DNA of 37,281 bases. Source: Conidiobolus incongruus B7586 (Eukaryota). The notes beneath the pieces were generated by a model, which was not told the origin of the DNA, ran no database searches, and was given only the letters and a program-made list of their open reading frames with translations. The stretch covers positions 62,001 to 99,281 of the forward strand of contig JNEM01013221.1 of the NCBI GenBank assembly GCA_000697335.1, in the 5' to 3' direction. This document shows positions 10,484 to 24,151 of this stretch, piece by piece. Made by a program: the position numbers and the translations under genes. Every line of letters begins with the position of its first letter. Within the stretch, counting starts at the first letter, position 1.

Positions 10484-12449
10484 TTAGTATTCATTTTTAA
10501 CTTCTCTATTGGGTCTAAACAAAACTTCATTATAAAACAATATCCAATTAGCAATCATTCCAATGGAGCACACCACTGAAATCATCATCAATGGCAAAAA
10601 TCCGTAAGAGTTGCCAAAGATCCAGTTGTGGAGGAAAGACCAATAGAAGTATAGGAAGCTGAGTGTAAAGTAGAACATGAATTCAATGCTTCGGAATAAG
10701 TAGAAAACGGAGCAAGATTGACCACTGTAGCCAATAATGCCCCAACAGAGTAAAAGTAATGATTGAATGACATTTTCTAAAATCGAGTTTAATTAATTCA
10801 GTTAATAATAACTTTTAAATTGATTTACCTTGAGGATGGAAAATGAGGGGAAATAGTGAAAATGAACCAACGATAGATAAAAATAAGAAATATCTAATAT
10901 ATCTTGGAGATCTTAAGCATAAAATGCTAAATAATAAAATTTGATTTAGATCAATGAATATTAATAAGATTAGTTAATTACCCCATAGGGAAGATCATTA
11001 ACATGACAGCTTTTTCGTGAACATGCCAACCGAATAAATATGAACTATAGCCACATAATATGACAGAATCAATGAAGTTGGGCTTGCTAGGTTCTCTCCA
11101 AAGCTTGATGAGGCATGGCTAAATATAAAAAATGAGCTTATAATAATAATAATTAAATAGATAAGTAATTATTTACCAATTGGAAAATAACAGTTAAAAT
11201 CAAAGTATGAACAGGTAAAATATTGGGTAATACGAAGAACTGGCTATCTCCAATAAGGCCTCTTGTTGCAGAAGACAAATTCATATCCTTCAAATGGGAC
11301 ATATAACTTGGGAAGAGACGTTTGCCTATAGCAATAAGAACACGGTCGAGGAAAGAATATAATGCCCAAAAGTTAGGTGCCCAATAAGCGTGGCAGAGTC
11401 CTCGCTTAAAAGGGAATAGTCTAGAGATTACTTGGGGGATTTGTCTATAGTAGATAAAGGGACCAAAAGAGATTAAGAACACAAGAATCACTGAAGCACC
11501 CAATGTGAACAAACGTCTGAAACTTTTTATCCAGGTGAGGGAGCTATCCGATTCAAAGCAATAACCTCTGAATAAATAAATGAAGTATGCTGGTGCAATG
11601 TATAAATAAATGTGCTTGAAATTGAGAAGTACAGCGAATAGAATACCAGAGAGTAAATTTTTACCCTAGAATATTGTTGGAGAATATTTATTAGGTAATT
11701 CGAAATATATAATTACCTCATAAGCTAAGATTAAAGACCACATCAGAATACCAAACATAAAGCCGTTATATTGAAAGTGCATGTGATCCACAATAAATAA
11801 ACTGGGATGTAAGAACAACAAATAGCACAATAATGAAGTACCACTGTACAAATTTAATTTTCTTAATCTAAATATTAAAGTTAATATTAAATAGTATTTA
11901 TTAAATTGATTAAATTTACCTCATCAAAGCAGCAAACAAAACCCATTCAGTAAACATTACTGTTCCTCTTTGAAATAATACAGTGTTAAAACTTGAATAA
12001 TTTAAATTATTGACTTGTAACATTTTAGGATCAAAAAATTGAGCGAATAAAGACATTATATACTCAAACCAGGCGAAAAATGGTGGATAATCTAAAGTCC
12101 ATTCACTTGTATTCTATTTTATATATTTCAATACTGATCAAAATAAATAATTAATTTGAAATGATTTACCTCATAATACCATTCCTTAATGGGTAAACTA
12201 TAGGTTATAGCTAACCAATTTCTATGGACTTCGAAATCAGTACTCTTACTATTTTAATAAATTAGTTAAATTAAATATTTTTTGAATTCAAATTAATTAC
12301 TATGCAGGTATTAATAAACCTTTTAAATAACCGCTTAAAATAATTAAGGTATAATCGATGGTTCTACTTTGTTTAGATTTAATCTTACTATTATTATTTT
12401 CATTGTTATTTTCAACATTATTATTTAAATAATCTATTTTTTCTTCCAT
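10484..12449 (-). CDS. ALG8: Dolichyl-P-Glc:Glc1Man9GlcNAc2-PP-dolichol alpha-1,3-glucosyltransferase (ALG6/ALG8 family, Alg8), 8 exons, 529 aa
   Basis: Exons 12449-12301, 12248-12170, 12113-11920, 11867-11717, 11665-11177, 11118-10982, 10926-10829 and 10776-10484 (1590 nt). Motifs [71 protein letters not shown] and FGWHVHEKA. Confidence 0.96.
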
Positions 12450-12607
12450 TATTTTTACTATTTTTCAAATTCTAATGAATTTCATAATCATATTTGCAAT
12501 TAAAATAAATTTAAATCTAATTGAATGATTTTTTTTAAATTTATGGGTTATATAGGGGTTAATTTATTCCATTCATTAAATGCTAAAAGTATAAATTCTA
12601 TAAAATT

Positions 12608-13030
12608 CTAAACTTGATTCTGTACAACTTCACTATTATTTGGAGTATGTTGATGCTCAACTGTTAACTCTCTTCCCAAATACTTCAACTGAATTACACC
12701 TAAAGAGGTGAAAATAATACCAATCACTAGAAGAACTACCATACTGACGTATTGCCAAACATCCCAACCCAGAGTCAAAGCACTGAAAAATATGTAGAAT
12801 AGACCTCTTCCAATATATGTGTTGAAAAAGTTAATATGCTTGGTCACAGGTTCAGGAATGTGGAATTCAAGAGCCAAAATCACACATCCCAGAAGAATTG
12901 CGTAAATAGCTACGATTGCATTGGGGAAAGTTATCCAAATGAACCTCAAACACCCATTGACAATTAGTAAAATTGCTGCAATGACATTTAATATTACTGT
13001 AATGACTTTTGGTAAAGCATATTTAGCCAT
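12608..13030 (-). CDS. TVP15: Tvp15/COPI-associated small Golgi membrane protein, 140 aa, intronless
   Basis: ATG at 13030 (MAKYALPK), with TATAAATA on the minus strand ~70 nt upstream. Three to four TM segments with LEF...FFNTYIGRGLFYIF, matching the COPI_assoc family signature. Confidence 0.75.
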   Translation of the reverse strand: MAKYALPKVITVILNVIAAILLIVNGCLRFIWITFPNAIVAIYAILLGCVILALEFHIPEPVTKHINFFNTYIGRGLFYIFFSALTLGWDVWQYVSMVVLLVIGIIFTSLGVIQLKYLGRELTVEHQHTPNNSEVVQNQV

Positions 13031-13542
13031 CGTTGATAATTTGATAATTTGATAATTAGATGAATGATATTGGAAGGTTTGGTTGCTGATGGATTTATTT
13101 ATACTCAAAATATTTGAATATTTAAATATTTAATGAGCTACAGGATTGCGTTCAGGAGTTGGTGATGAGTTGGAAATAAATTGATTCTCTCAGGGGTACT
13201 TAGTCGATGATATGGCAATATTGGAAGATTTGAAAATAAAATTGATGAATTGGTATTAATTTCGAATACTTTGAGAGATAGTCTTAATTGATCTTCCAAA
13301 CTTATAAGCTTCAATAAGGATATTTGAAAATTTTAAGATGATAAGATGATGTCATTTTATATAATACAGTTTAAGTAATAAAAGAGAATTGTGGTGTTAA
13401 TGGATAGTTTTTATTATACAGATGAAGATATTTGTAAATGATTGAAAAGTAGATTCTTTCAATTAATTATAAATGTTGCTAATTACTTTTTTAAAATATG
13501 GTGTAAATATATTAAAATCTGTTTTTTCTTTCGAGTCTCAGA

Positions 13543-15222
13543 TTATAACTTAAGGTCCATGTGTGAAGTATTAAGTTGATTATCTTTCTTAATTGTTGAG
13601 TGATAGGCTCCAGAGAGTAGGAGTTCAGCTTCATGAGGTTCTTCAACCCAAGTGACGACACGACTACTGGGATTGCTCTTCAAAGGACGATTCCTTAATC
13701 GATCCATCCTATTGTATTTGAAAAATTGATACATCATAATTGCATCGAATTGGAGAGTACCGCAGCTTCCTACCAAAAAGGGAATGGTCTCCATCCAGCT
13801 TTGGTAGGAGTGGGGAATGATCACAATAGAAATAGTATAGGTCAAATTGCCCATGAATGCAAAGAGAAACATATACATGGATAATCCTTCAACAGATTTA
13901 CGTTGATGATTTTTGATCAGCTGAGGAAGACGAGATGCGAGATACAGGAAAGCGCAAACCCATGAAATCACGCGACCGATCACGTAGATAGTGTGTTCAG
14001 AAGGTGGGGCTAAGAAGAATCGCAACTTGAGGTGCATTGCAGTTAATCCAAAGCAAAATAGCACTAAAACTCCGATGCCAATGTATTTAATAGATGTTAA
14101 AGCAATTTGATTGAATCCGAGAGAATTGTCCAAATTCAAAGAAGTTGAGGATTCATCATCGTATGAGGAAATAATGGAGCTGTTACTACTTGAAGGGTTA
14201 CTAGAAACCAGTCCAACCAACTCTTCTTCAGAACATGCATCGGATGTAGGGGAATTAGGATAGATACTGTATTGGTTATCATCGGGCTTTTTATAGTAAA
14301 AATACTGAATACATAATATTACATCAACAGATACAAAGTATGTAGCAAGATAGATCTAATGAATAGAATATATAATTAATTCATAATCCAATTATATTAT
14401 GGTGATGAAATTACTTGAAAAGGAAGCTGATGTGTGAGTATGGCACCAATCATGTTAGTAAAATCACCTATTAAATTCTAAAGTTAGCAAATGTTAATAT
14501 AATTATATAATATTCAGATTACCAAAGAGCCAAACTACCAAAAATGAAGGGGATAAAGAATCTACATTAGACGTCGTATAATTTTGATAGATTTGACTAA
14601 AAAAGATTAATTAATTAATTATTGATAAATATTAATTAGGATAAAATAAAAGTCATAAGATATTTGATAGCAAAATAGTGATTATTAATGAGTAATAATG
14701 TAGTAAGTAAGAGTTAATGATCATATGATCCATTTCATTTATCATTAGTATCGTGGGAAAATAAAATGTAAAATTGGAATAATAATTGGAAAATAAAAGT
14801 GTGTGAGAGTAATCTAAGAAACTAGCGAATCAAACAAATCATTGAATTCAAATTATTATTAAGGGTCTTTTTGGGTCATTGTACAAATATTTGCTAATCT
14901 GATATTATAAAGAATTAATAGAAAAAATAACTTACGGTAATTGAGCATTTAACCAACAGGCAATCGATAAATAGCCTAATAGAATATTAATACATGATGT
15001 TTCGAATAGTGTTGTCAATAAATACCTAATATTATACTGAAGTGATTAGCCAAATCATAACTACACTCTCCAAATATCCACTATAAAAACAGTTTTAATA
15101 AAACTGATTTTGGTTTGATAACAAAAGAATATAGTTGAAATATATTTTTTTGTTTTATTGAGTTGAATATTGAGACTTACATATATCCAAGGGTTATAAC
15201 CAACTTCACACGTAACAGTCAT
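13543..15222 (-). CDS. PQ-loop vacuolar/lysosomal cationic amino-acid transporter (Ypq1/Rtc2/PQLC2-like), 6 exons, 358 aa
   Basis: Exons 15222-15181, 15080-15026, 14975-14936, 14596-14523, 14467-14415 and 14355-13543 (1077 nt, in frame). Two PQ loops: GYLSIACWLNAQLPQIYQNY...LSPSFLVVWLFGDFTNMIG and LYLASRLPQLIKNHQRKSVEGLS...GNLTY. Confidence 0.9.
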
Positions 15223-15899
15223 TATTATATTAATATTGATCAATGATTAAAAATAAAATACAAGGTTTTTAAAAATAAAATCTAATCTAAATGACTACCA
15301 AACAAAAATTCGAAGAAAATATTCTTCAAAGTGTTTAAAATAATTAAATTAAAGAGAAGGAAAAAAAAAGGTTTTAGAGAATAGGTATGGGGAAGAGTGA
15401 TATTTATACTATTCATATTCCTTATCTCTTACTTTGAGTTGGTAAATTTCCTAATTCAAATTAGTTGAGTTGGTATTTAATAATCGTAAGAGTGTCACTT
15501 GAAATGGATTTCTAAATTCATCGGTTTTATTCGCAGTCTAAAAGCATTGGACCAATCAAATCGCTAGTTCTTTGAAAGCAATAGGAAATAAGGAGGAAAT
15601 TAGGCTGGAGATTGAATATTGTTAATCAGATTAGGAGGGTGGAAATAATAAGTGTAATAATGAGTAACTATTGAAAAAGTAGAGAAAATATGATTCAAAT
15701 ATTCAACGATTAGTATTCAATACTAAATCTAGTCATATAATAGCTATGATTAATTTGAAATTTTGTTACTATGAAATTTAAATTTCAACTATTTATAAAT
15801 ATTTGATATTCATATGTTCATGAAGTCTTTCTATTTTTCTATTATATCCAACTCGTATTAATTATCATATTCTAAATTCTTATTGTCATACTATACTAA

Positions 15900-18800
15900 A
15901 TTCTAAAATTAAATATGACTAGAGCCTCGAAGAAATATGTGAAGCTGCCCTAATATGGAAGAAAAAAACTTATGATCAAGAGTATGGTTTAATTAAAATG
16001 TAATGATTGGCGCTTCAAATCTAATTAATATTGGATTATGATAATTTGATTGGTTCACGATAACAAGAATGAGGTGATAATAATATAATTACTAAATTGA
16101 GATTGACTGAAAATTTTTAAGAGGAATCGAATAATTAATGCTTGAATTTTATTAAAAATGTTATTTTAAAAAGAATATATTACTACGTCATCTTCTAACT
16201 ATCTAATAAAATATATCTTTTCACTTTGATAATTTTGATCATATTAATATAGCAAAATGGGATTTAAAATTAATAATCAATCAGCTTCTTCCGATGAAAA
16301 AAAAGCCTTGTATCAACGATTTAATTGGTTAATAAATATATAACAAATGATCAAGAATAGTATAGAATTTAAATGAAATAAAGATTGATTATTCGAGTAA
16401 TAAACGATTATTTCAGGTTAGGTTCTTAATAATTAATTATTAAATAAATAGATTAATTATTTCAAGATAATTAAAAATATAACTTTGATTAATATTTAAT
16501 GAAATTTCATAATTTTAATGTATGATGATTTGAATAATATGTATTAATATTCATATTGAACTTTTTAGTAATATTTAGAATATGAATAATGTATTAAACC
16601 TAAATACTTAAGTATATAAACTGTATTATGTATTGAATTTACAACGTATATTTAATAACATTAATTATTTGTAACGTATTAAAAGTTTGTTAATTATTTT
16701 TAATGATAACTAAAATTAACTTTATCAAAATATAATTTATCAAGTATCGATTTGATAAATATAATACTATGATAAATATTATTTATTAATTGGGATATAA
16801 TGGGGTTGATTACAATATATTTAAGATAATTGAATACTCGTTGATATAATTCCATAGCTGTTAATTCTTTAAAAGTTAGTTTAAGTATTATATAATGCAG
16901 TCACCATAATAATCAATTTTCACATTTAAAAACAATCACTCTTGAATCAGCAATATATTGATTATTGAAATTTAATTGAAATATTATTGATTTTTAAAAG
17001 GTGTGTATTTTACTATATTTATATATCAAACAAAACTATTTCTTTATTTTTTTTAAATTTAATTATTTTCAAGTTTTTATTAAAAATTTTAATAAATTTA
17101 GGATTTTTATTTTAATTGTCACAATTTTGAATTAGTTTCAGATAATTATTTTGAAACTAATAAATAATGAATTTTTTATATTATTACTACTATTTATTAT
17201 ATTAAGTATTTATTTATATTTTTATTGATATCAATAATATTATTTACAAATAGAATTAAAGTAATAAATTTGATCAAATTAATTAAAGTGTGATTTTTAT
17301 ACTATAATACATGATTATTAAAATATTTTCAGACTCAACAATTGAGTTATAAATTGATATTTATATAGTATACTGATTTTTTATTATTTGCGAAGATATA
17401 TTTGGTATTATTTGGATATATTTTATGAAATTTTATAAATATACTATGTGATGGTAGAGTTTGATATTTTATTATACCGCGTATTTTAAAAGATATTTTG
17501 ATATTGAATGCTGAATATTGATTCATTCGGCGCTTTGATCATATATAATTATATTAATTTAACTATTAAAATATTAGCTAAACATTCTAGTATATTATTT
17601 AATATTATCAATAACTTACCTAATATCAAGGCCTTTTATGAATAAATGCTTTAATTGAGTGCTAGTAATCTAAAATTAAGTTATAATAAGTTATTACAAT
17701 TGATACATTATATAAATACTATATCGTATAATTTTCTAAATAATAGAGAAAATATTTCAATAAAATCATAGAATTGAATGATTTGTGATTTGATCTTTTA
17801 ATTGATATTCTATAGCTATTATTTTATAATTCACCTTAATATTATATTTTACCAATATATAATAATTTAAATCTGCAAATTTTAATACAATAAATCGCAA
17901 ATTCCAATGAAAGTACTATTAAATTAATTTAATATCTAATATACATATATAAAATTAATTGGATTATTAGATATGATAATTTTTATCCATTATATACACA
18001 GAAATATAATATACAAGCTTGATAGTGTATATTCACTATTATATAACTGTTAAAAATCTTAAATAATATTAAAACTAAAAAAATAAAGTTATTATTTTTT
18101 ACATTGAAATTAGAGCAATAATGACATATATATATTATCAATTAAATAATAGATTCATAGTTAAATAATGAAGTAATGGTTAATAATAGGACTTTCTTAT
18201 TGACAAAATAATAAGGTTCATTTTCAACAATTTAATTATCAATGAATTGAAATATACTTTTACATTTATATCAAACTGTATTAATATTATAGCAGATAGA
18301 AGTTATATTTTATAATCATTAAAACCTTGATATTGTGAGTTTAACCATAAGTTATATTTTTTAATATCTGTATTATGAAAAATTGAATTTTAGGGCAAAT
18401 TATTAATTTTTAATCAAAATATTAATTATATATATATATATGAAATTTAAATGTATATTATAATTTTTTATAGTAAATATTATATTGAAGTGATTTAAAT
18501 TTTGATTCAAGGAATAACATTGTATCAAATTATGATAGTAATGTTGGGACTTGATATTAACTATTTAATTATTTAACATTTCTGGTTTTGGAAATAAAGT
18601 ACATATCTATAATAATATTTCAAAAACTTTATATTAGGTAAAGTTGATGCTTCTTAATTGTCGTACGGATGGTAATATTAATTTCAATATTAGCATATAT
18701 AAGAATTTTAACATTGTTTAAAATGATGTTTCAAATAATCAAGTTTAATCATTTGGACATTGAGCGCATTTGATCAACTTTTATTAGAATTTATTCTTGT

Positions 18801-21555
18801 GTTAACAATAAAAATGAGTAAAGCGTAAATTTAATAATAAAAAAATCCAAGTTAAATATTAATAAAATTATTTAGATAAGCATCAATTTAAAATGATGGT
18901 AATTTAAATAATTTGTTAAATGTTCTATTGAGATTTTGAATTAATTAAAATGCTGAACTAATATCAATCAAATATATATATTTTGCTATATTCATAATTA
19001 TTTCAATAGTTTCCAATATATTATTCATATCGTTACTCGGATAGCTAAAGTTTTTTTTCGAAAAATACTAAACGAACTAAGGATAGTTCTTGTTTAATAA
19101 TGCAATCATAAAAACTTTACTTCACGAACTTTGATAAGCTTCTTATTCTTTAATATATTAAACTTGACTTAACATTTATTATTTTAACAGTTGAATATAC
19201 TTTTAAACAAAGTTTATTAATAGATAGTACTATATCAAAGTCCTTGGTATTGTATTAAGATCCTAAGTTTAATCATATTTATTTTTTACACTCTTTCATA
19301 ATTACATTAACATGAATCATATAATTTAATTTGAAAATATTAGAGAATAATATATTATTATGGTTATATTTTTATATATTTAACATATAGCAACGATAAT
19401 ATATGTTGATGGTATGTATTTAGAATAAATTTAATCATATATCATATACTTTAAATAGAAGAGCTTTTGCAATATGATTTAAATATTTTAAAAATTAAAA
19501 AATATACAAAGAACCATTAAAACGATCTTAATAATCATATTGAAAATAAAAATATTCAATGATTGGGATTCATAATATTATAATATAATATTAATATAAA
19601 TAAGAACATCAACCATTATTATAATATATTAGACTCAGTTTTGAAATTAAGCAGTCCTTGTATCAATTCAAAACAAAAGTCAAAGCAACACAAAATACTG
19701 CGAATAATAAAAACTCATGATTTAGCGAAATTTCAAGCTTTTGAGAGATTTTATATTGAAAATAATGGATATTAGCATACTTAAACTGGTCAAGGAATAT
19801 ATAACTAGTCTTATATTTAAATTATTGATAGTTTTCTTTTATCTGTTCAAAATTCAGTGGAATTAATGTAAAACTAACTTTAAAAGGAAGTTAAAATTTT
19901 TCAAATTAATATTAATTAAGTGTGTAATCTAATTATTATTTTTTAAAATATAATATTTTAAATAATTGTACTATTAAAACTTAATAAACTTTTAAGAAAT
20001 ATTATGTTATTTCATTTTGATCAAGTATATAAATCATCTAAGTCATGCAGAATAATTAATCAAGTATATGGTGAAAGGATTGGTATTCCCAGAAATTATC
20101 AAAAATAATTTGTGTGTTTTTAAAATAATGATTATTATACTGAAAATAAACCACATACAGGTAGAAAAATACAAGTATTTAATAAAAAAATATTAAATAA
20201 TATAAAAACTTATATTAATTATTATTAAGAAGAATTCTCAAAGTATCAAATATAAGTCTTAATTAATTATTCAAATAATTAAAAAAATTAATAATTTAAA
20301 AAAAATATTAAATTAAATACTTATTAAATAAATAATATCTATTAAGTTAGAAAAGTTAACATATATTCTTCATTTATAAAATTTATAAAAAGATTTAAAT
20401 ATTTGAAAAATTATTATTAATATTAAAACATATATAATATTTAATATTATATTTTATAAATATTATTAAATAACTAAAAGAACAATAGTTAAAAATAAGA
20501 TAAAAACATAAATATATGGAAAAAATAATATTAATTTAATAATAAAATTAGTGAGGATTTATATATATATATATATATATAAATTTAAACAAGAATAATA
20601 TATATAAATAAAGAATATTATTTTAAAAAAATTTAAAAATTATATAAAATATTAAGAAAACAAAGACTAGAATACTATTTAATTAATAACCCAAATAATA
20701 TATAAATTCTCATATTAGTATATTATTATTATTATTATAATTAAAAACCTCATATAACAATTGAAACCTTATATATTTTAGATTTTAATCTATTTGAATT
20801 ATTATTATATATAATATTTATTTTTAATCTTGTATTTAATAATTTTTATTATTTCAATATTTTAAAAAATTTTTGGAAAACTTTATTTTTAAAAAAACCT
20901 TAATATATTAAAGTTAAATTCTTAAAATTTATTAAAATAATAGAAGAAGACTTATATGAAAAGAGGATATATAGTTAAATCAAAAGATGAGAATTTATCT
21001 AAAAATGTAAAAATTGTTATATATCTAAATATTAAATAATTATCATATTTGAATTAAAAATAAAAATTTGATCAAAATAAAAATAATAACTTATATTGAT
21101 ATTATTATATTTTGAAATTTTATAAATATAAAATAAAAATTACCTTAATAATTATAGATAACAATATATTATTATGGTTATCATAATTAAATCATTATCT
21201 ATCTTATATTAGCATTATAAATTTATAAACAATTTACTAAGTTTGGTGGGGTTCATATTATAAGTTCACCACCAAATTTTAGTTGGATATAATATCAGCC
21301 AACTCCTTCTCTAATACTCCTACTAGGGGGGAGGTATTGGTAAGTACTGGCAACTTTTCAGTAATCTCACTACCCAGTTATCTAATTACCTTAGATTACC
21401 AAAGTGGTCAAATTAAAAAGCAATTCTTAAAAGATTTTTAAACTGCTTATATAATATAAATAAATAAAATTTACTTATATTTAATGACTTTATGATTATA
21501 TTTTAGAAGTCAAAGTATAATTTGATAAACTTTCAGATTCAAAGATCACATATCA
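15900..21555 (+). mobile_element. Heavily mutated Ty3/Gypsy LTR-retrotransposon relic (gag? - RT - RNase H - integrase - PPT - 3' LTR start)
   Basis: Degraded motifs in Gypsy order: gag-like SLEEICEAALIW (15923); possible YIDD remnant (18267); RNase H VDAS*LSYG (18643); integrase read in one frame as SSPCINSK...AFERFYIENNGY...YI*IIDSF (19650-19835); GIP/EII (~20082); GPY-like KPY...LNY (20764); polypurine tract AGGGGGGAGG (21325-21334) followed by TG at 21338. No 5' LTR recognised. Boundaries approximate. Confidence 0.6.
20561..20580. repeat. (AT)n microsatellite within the Gypsy relic
   Basis: Perfect AT dinucleotide run. Confidence 0.85.
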
Positions 21556-22134
21556 TGATACTGTGTATAATTGCTTGGCATGGTATCATAATATTTGCAA
21601 AAAGTGATCACGTTGACTCACTGCAATTGGCCATTTTGGATCATTATTTCCTTATTTGGATGCAAACAAAATTAGGAAAACAATCAATAATGATTTTGCC
21701 GATTATTTTTTTTTCCCATTTAGAGTTTTTTGAGAGGTAAGCTATTTTGATAGATTTCAATACTTTTAATTTATGTTAAAAGTATAAATTTTTTTACTAT
21801 ACAATGATAGTGATTTTTTTAAACATTATATTACGAATAATTTTATTAAGATAGTCTTTCTTTCAAACTATGAGTAATGTATTTTATATTGACAGTGGTA
21901 ATTTTTACCTCTAATGATATATATGGTTCAAATTTGGATAAATTGATACAATTCTCAATTTATTTGTGATGATTTGCAGTTACTCTATTGATGAACTAGC
22001 ATTGGTTGATATTGGCGCAGTTTGAATATGGAAATCAATTGCAAATTAGATATCATCATTAAATTGGGGGTATAAATATATATATTAGTCCAAGTGAATT
22101 AATATCATTTTCATCATTTGAATGTGAAAGTATC

Positions 22135-22566
22135 ATGGGCAATAACCAATCTTTACCCGACCTGCCTCCCACCTACGAGGAGTTCCAATCCAAGTATCAA
22201 TCTCAACAATATCCCTCAGTTCCATCGTGTAGCAGTTCGTTCAGTACTAACAATACACTTCGCAGCAACTCACATTGTACTAACGATACCTTACGCAGCA
22301 ATTCATATTCCATCAATGAACCACTCCACAGTAACACATTGGAAGCCAAGTTATCCGACCTTCAAAATAAGCCAGATAGCTTAGGTCAATTGCTCAATTG
22401 CAGGAAGGAAGACTATGAGAATGTCAAGCAAATACTAGAGCTGGAAAAAGATATCACCAAAAGAAAGCATCAATTAGAAAAGTATGTCCTTAAAACCATG
22501 AAAAAAATTGAAAAAATGGAGAAGGAAAGGGATAAAAAACTAAAGAAAATTCAATTGAATCGATAA
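22135..22566 (+). CDS. Hypothetical 143-aa protein: N-myristoylation motif, PPxY motif, 11-aa repeats, C-terminal basic coiled coil
   Basis: GC-richer ORF standing out from AT flanks, with TATAAATA at 22071. Starts MGNNQS (MGxxxS), contains LPPTY and TLRSNS repeats, and ends in a K/E-rich heptad region. Confidence 0.75.
   Translation: MGNNQSLPDLPPTYEEFQSKYQSQQYPSVPSCSSSFSTNNTLRSNSHCTNDTLRSNSYSINEPLHSNTLEAKLSDLQNKPDSLGQLLNCRKEDYENVKQILELEKDITKRKHQLEKYVLKTMKKIEKMEKERDKKLKKIQLNR
22246..22341 (+). repeat. Three imperfect 33-bp coding tandem repeats
   Basis: ACTAACAATACACTTCGCAGCAACTCACATTGT / ACTAACGATACCTTACGCAGCAATTCATATTCC / ATCAATGAACCACTCCACAGTAACACATTG. Confidence 0.8.
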
Positions 22567-24151
22567 ATTTTTCACATCTACACCAACAAACCTTTAACAT
22601 TATGCATACCTTCATAATATCTCGAATTTATTATTCAAGTTATTCTTTCAAGTATTTGCACCTTTGATTGAAAACACAACTTGTATATTTATCACTATTT
22701 TTTGAAACTTTTTAAAAATAATCATATTCAAATATTCAATGGAAATTTTTAATTGGTTATTTTAAATTAATAATTTTAAATTTTAATCCATTTAAATTTA
22801 TGATAAGAAATTTAATGAAATCATTAAAAAATAACAATATAAAATTTTCATTTTAAATAATCAATAGTGAGAAAATATAATATTATTAGTTTTTTATGTA
22901 TTATCATTTTATTAAAAATCTGACTAATATGAACTAATATAATTAAAATTTTATTATCAATTTATCAGAAATTAATTAATAATATTTGATAAGTATGATA
23001 TAATACACTAATTTAAGTTAAAAATTAGTTACGCAAATGATACTATCTTATGAAATTATCAAATTAACAATTGCTTATATTAAAAGATATCAAGTATTAT
23101 TACCTAATTAGTCAATTTAAAATCTATATCAATTCAATTAGAATGAAATAGATTAAGTTATATTTTATCAATTTAATACAAATTTTTATAAATTAGAATT
23201 AAACTCTGATTCAATTGAATAATGTTTTAAATTAAATATACCATTAAATAGAACTATAACAAAATCAGCAAAAATATTTAAAAGAAAAATTATTAGAGTT
23301 GCATTTTTACTATCATTGGAAATATAAATGATTTATTATATAACATCAATTTAGTGTTAAAATTGATCATATAATCTAATTAGCGATATTAGTGAATTAA
23401 AAATTGAAATAATGTAGATTTATTTTTTAAAAAGTTTGATCATTATATAATTAACAAAAATATATGGCAATATAAGGATTAAAATTAATGTACAAAATAT
23501 CAACTATATTATCATGCGGATAATACTAAAAAAGTAGGAAGATCTTAATCTTTTTGTCTATCATTTTATTTAATATTTCAAATTATCTTTTTAATAAAAT
23601 TATCATTTTTAAGATTTTTATTAAAAATATCTCATTAATCAAACGATTTTTGATCTTTTATTAGTTATTATCATAGATATTATTAGATTATATTTATGTT
23701 TTTATTTGTACTAAAAAAATGAAATTGATTGAATAATTTCTAGCTAATTTGAAAAATATTAAACTTGATCAAATCTTTAATATTGCTAATTAAAAGTATT
23801 CATAAATTATATATTATTAAAGATTTGATATTATTTTATATATATTGATTAATTGTATAATATAAATAAAGCAGAATCAATATCATTATTGATATTATAA
23901 TTAATAATTTTTTTTAAAAAAATTAAAAATTTCCGAAATAAATTTTAAATATAATATAAAATTACCAAATTGAATTAAATCAAACCGATCTTCCTCATAG
24001 GAATATTTTTTGAAGCTAAATCATTTTTTGATAATATAAAAAACTCAATATTCCTTTGATTTGAAAAGGTTTTCTCTTGTAGTCTTTTTATTTATTTATT
24101 ATTATTATTATTATCAAGCAGAATTCCCTCCGATTTTCATTCTATTCAAAG

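Noticed and set aside
13162..13235. Possible C/D snoRNA (GTGATGA box) between TVP15 and the PQ-loop gene
   Set aside because: No properly placed CTGA D box, terminal stem or recognisable rRNA guide. More likely TVP15 promoter DNA.
21522..21740. Short AT-rich ORFs (also 7453-7641, 22118-22384, 24556-24792, 28183-28398, 29791-29976, 32332-32553, 35187-35369)
   Set aside because: Mostly TTG starts or I/N/F/K-rich low-complexity translations, or overlapping real genes in another frame. No motifs.
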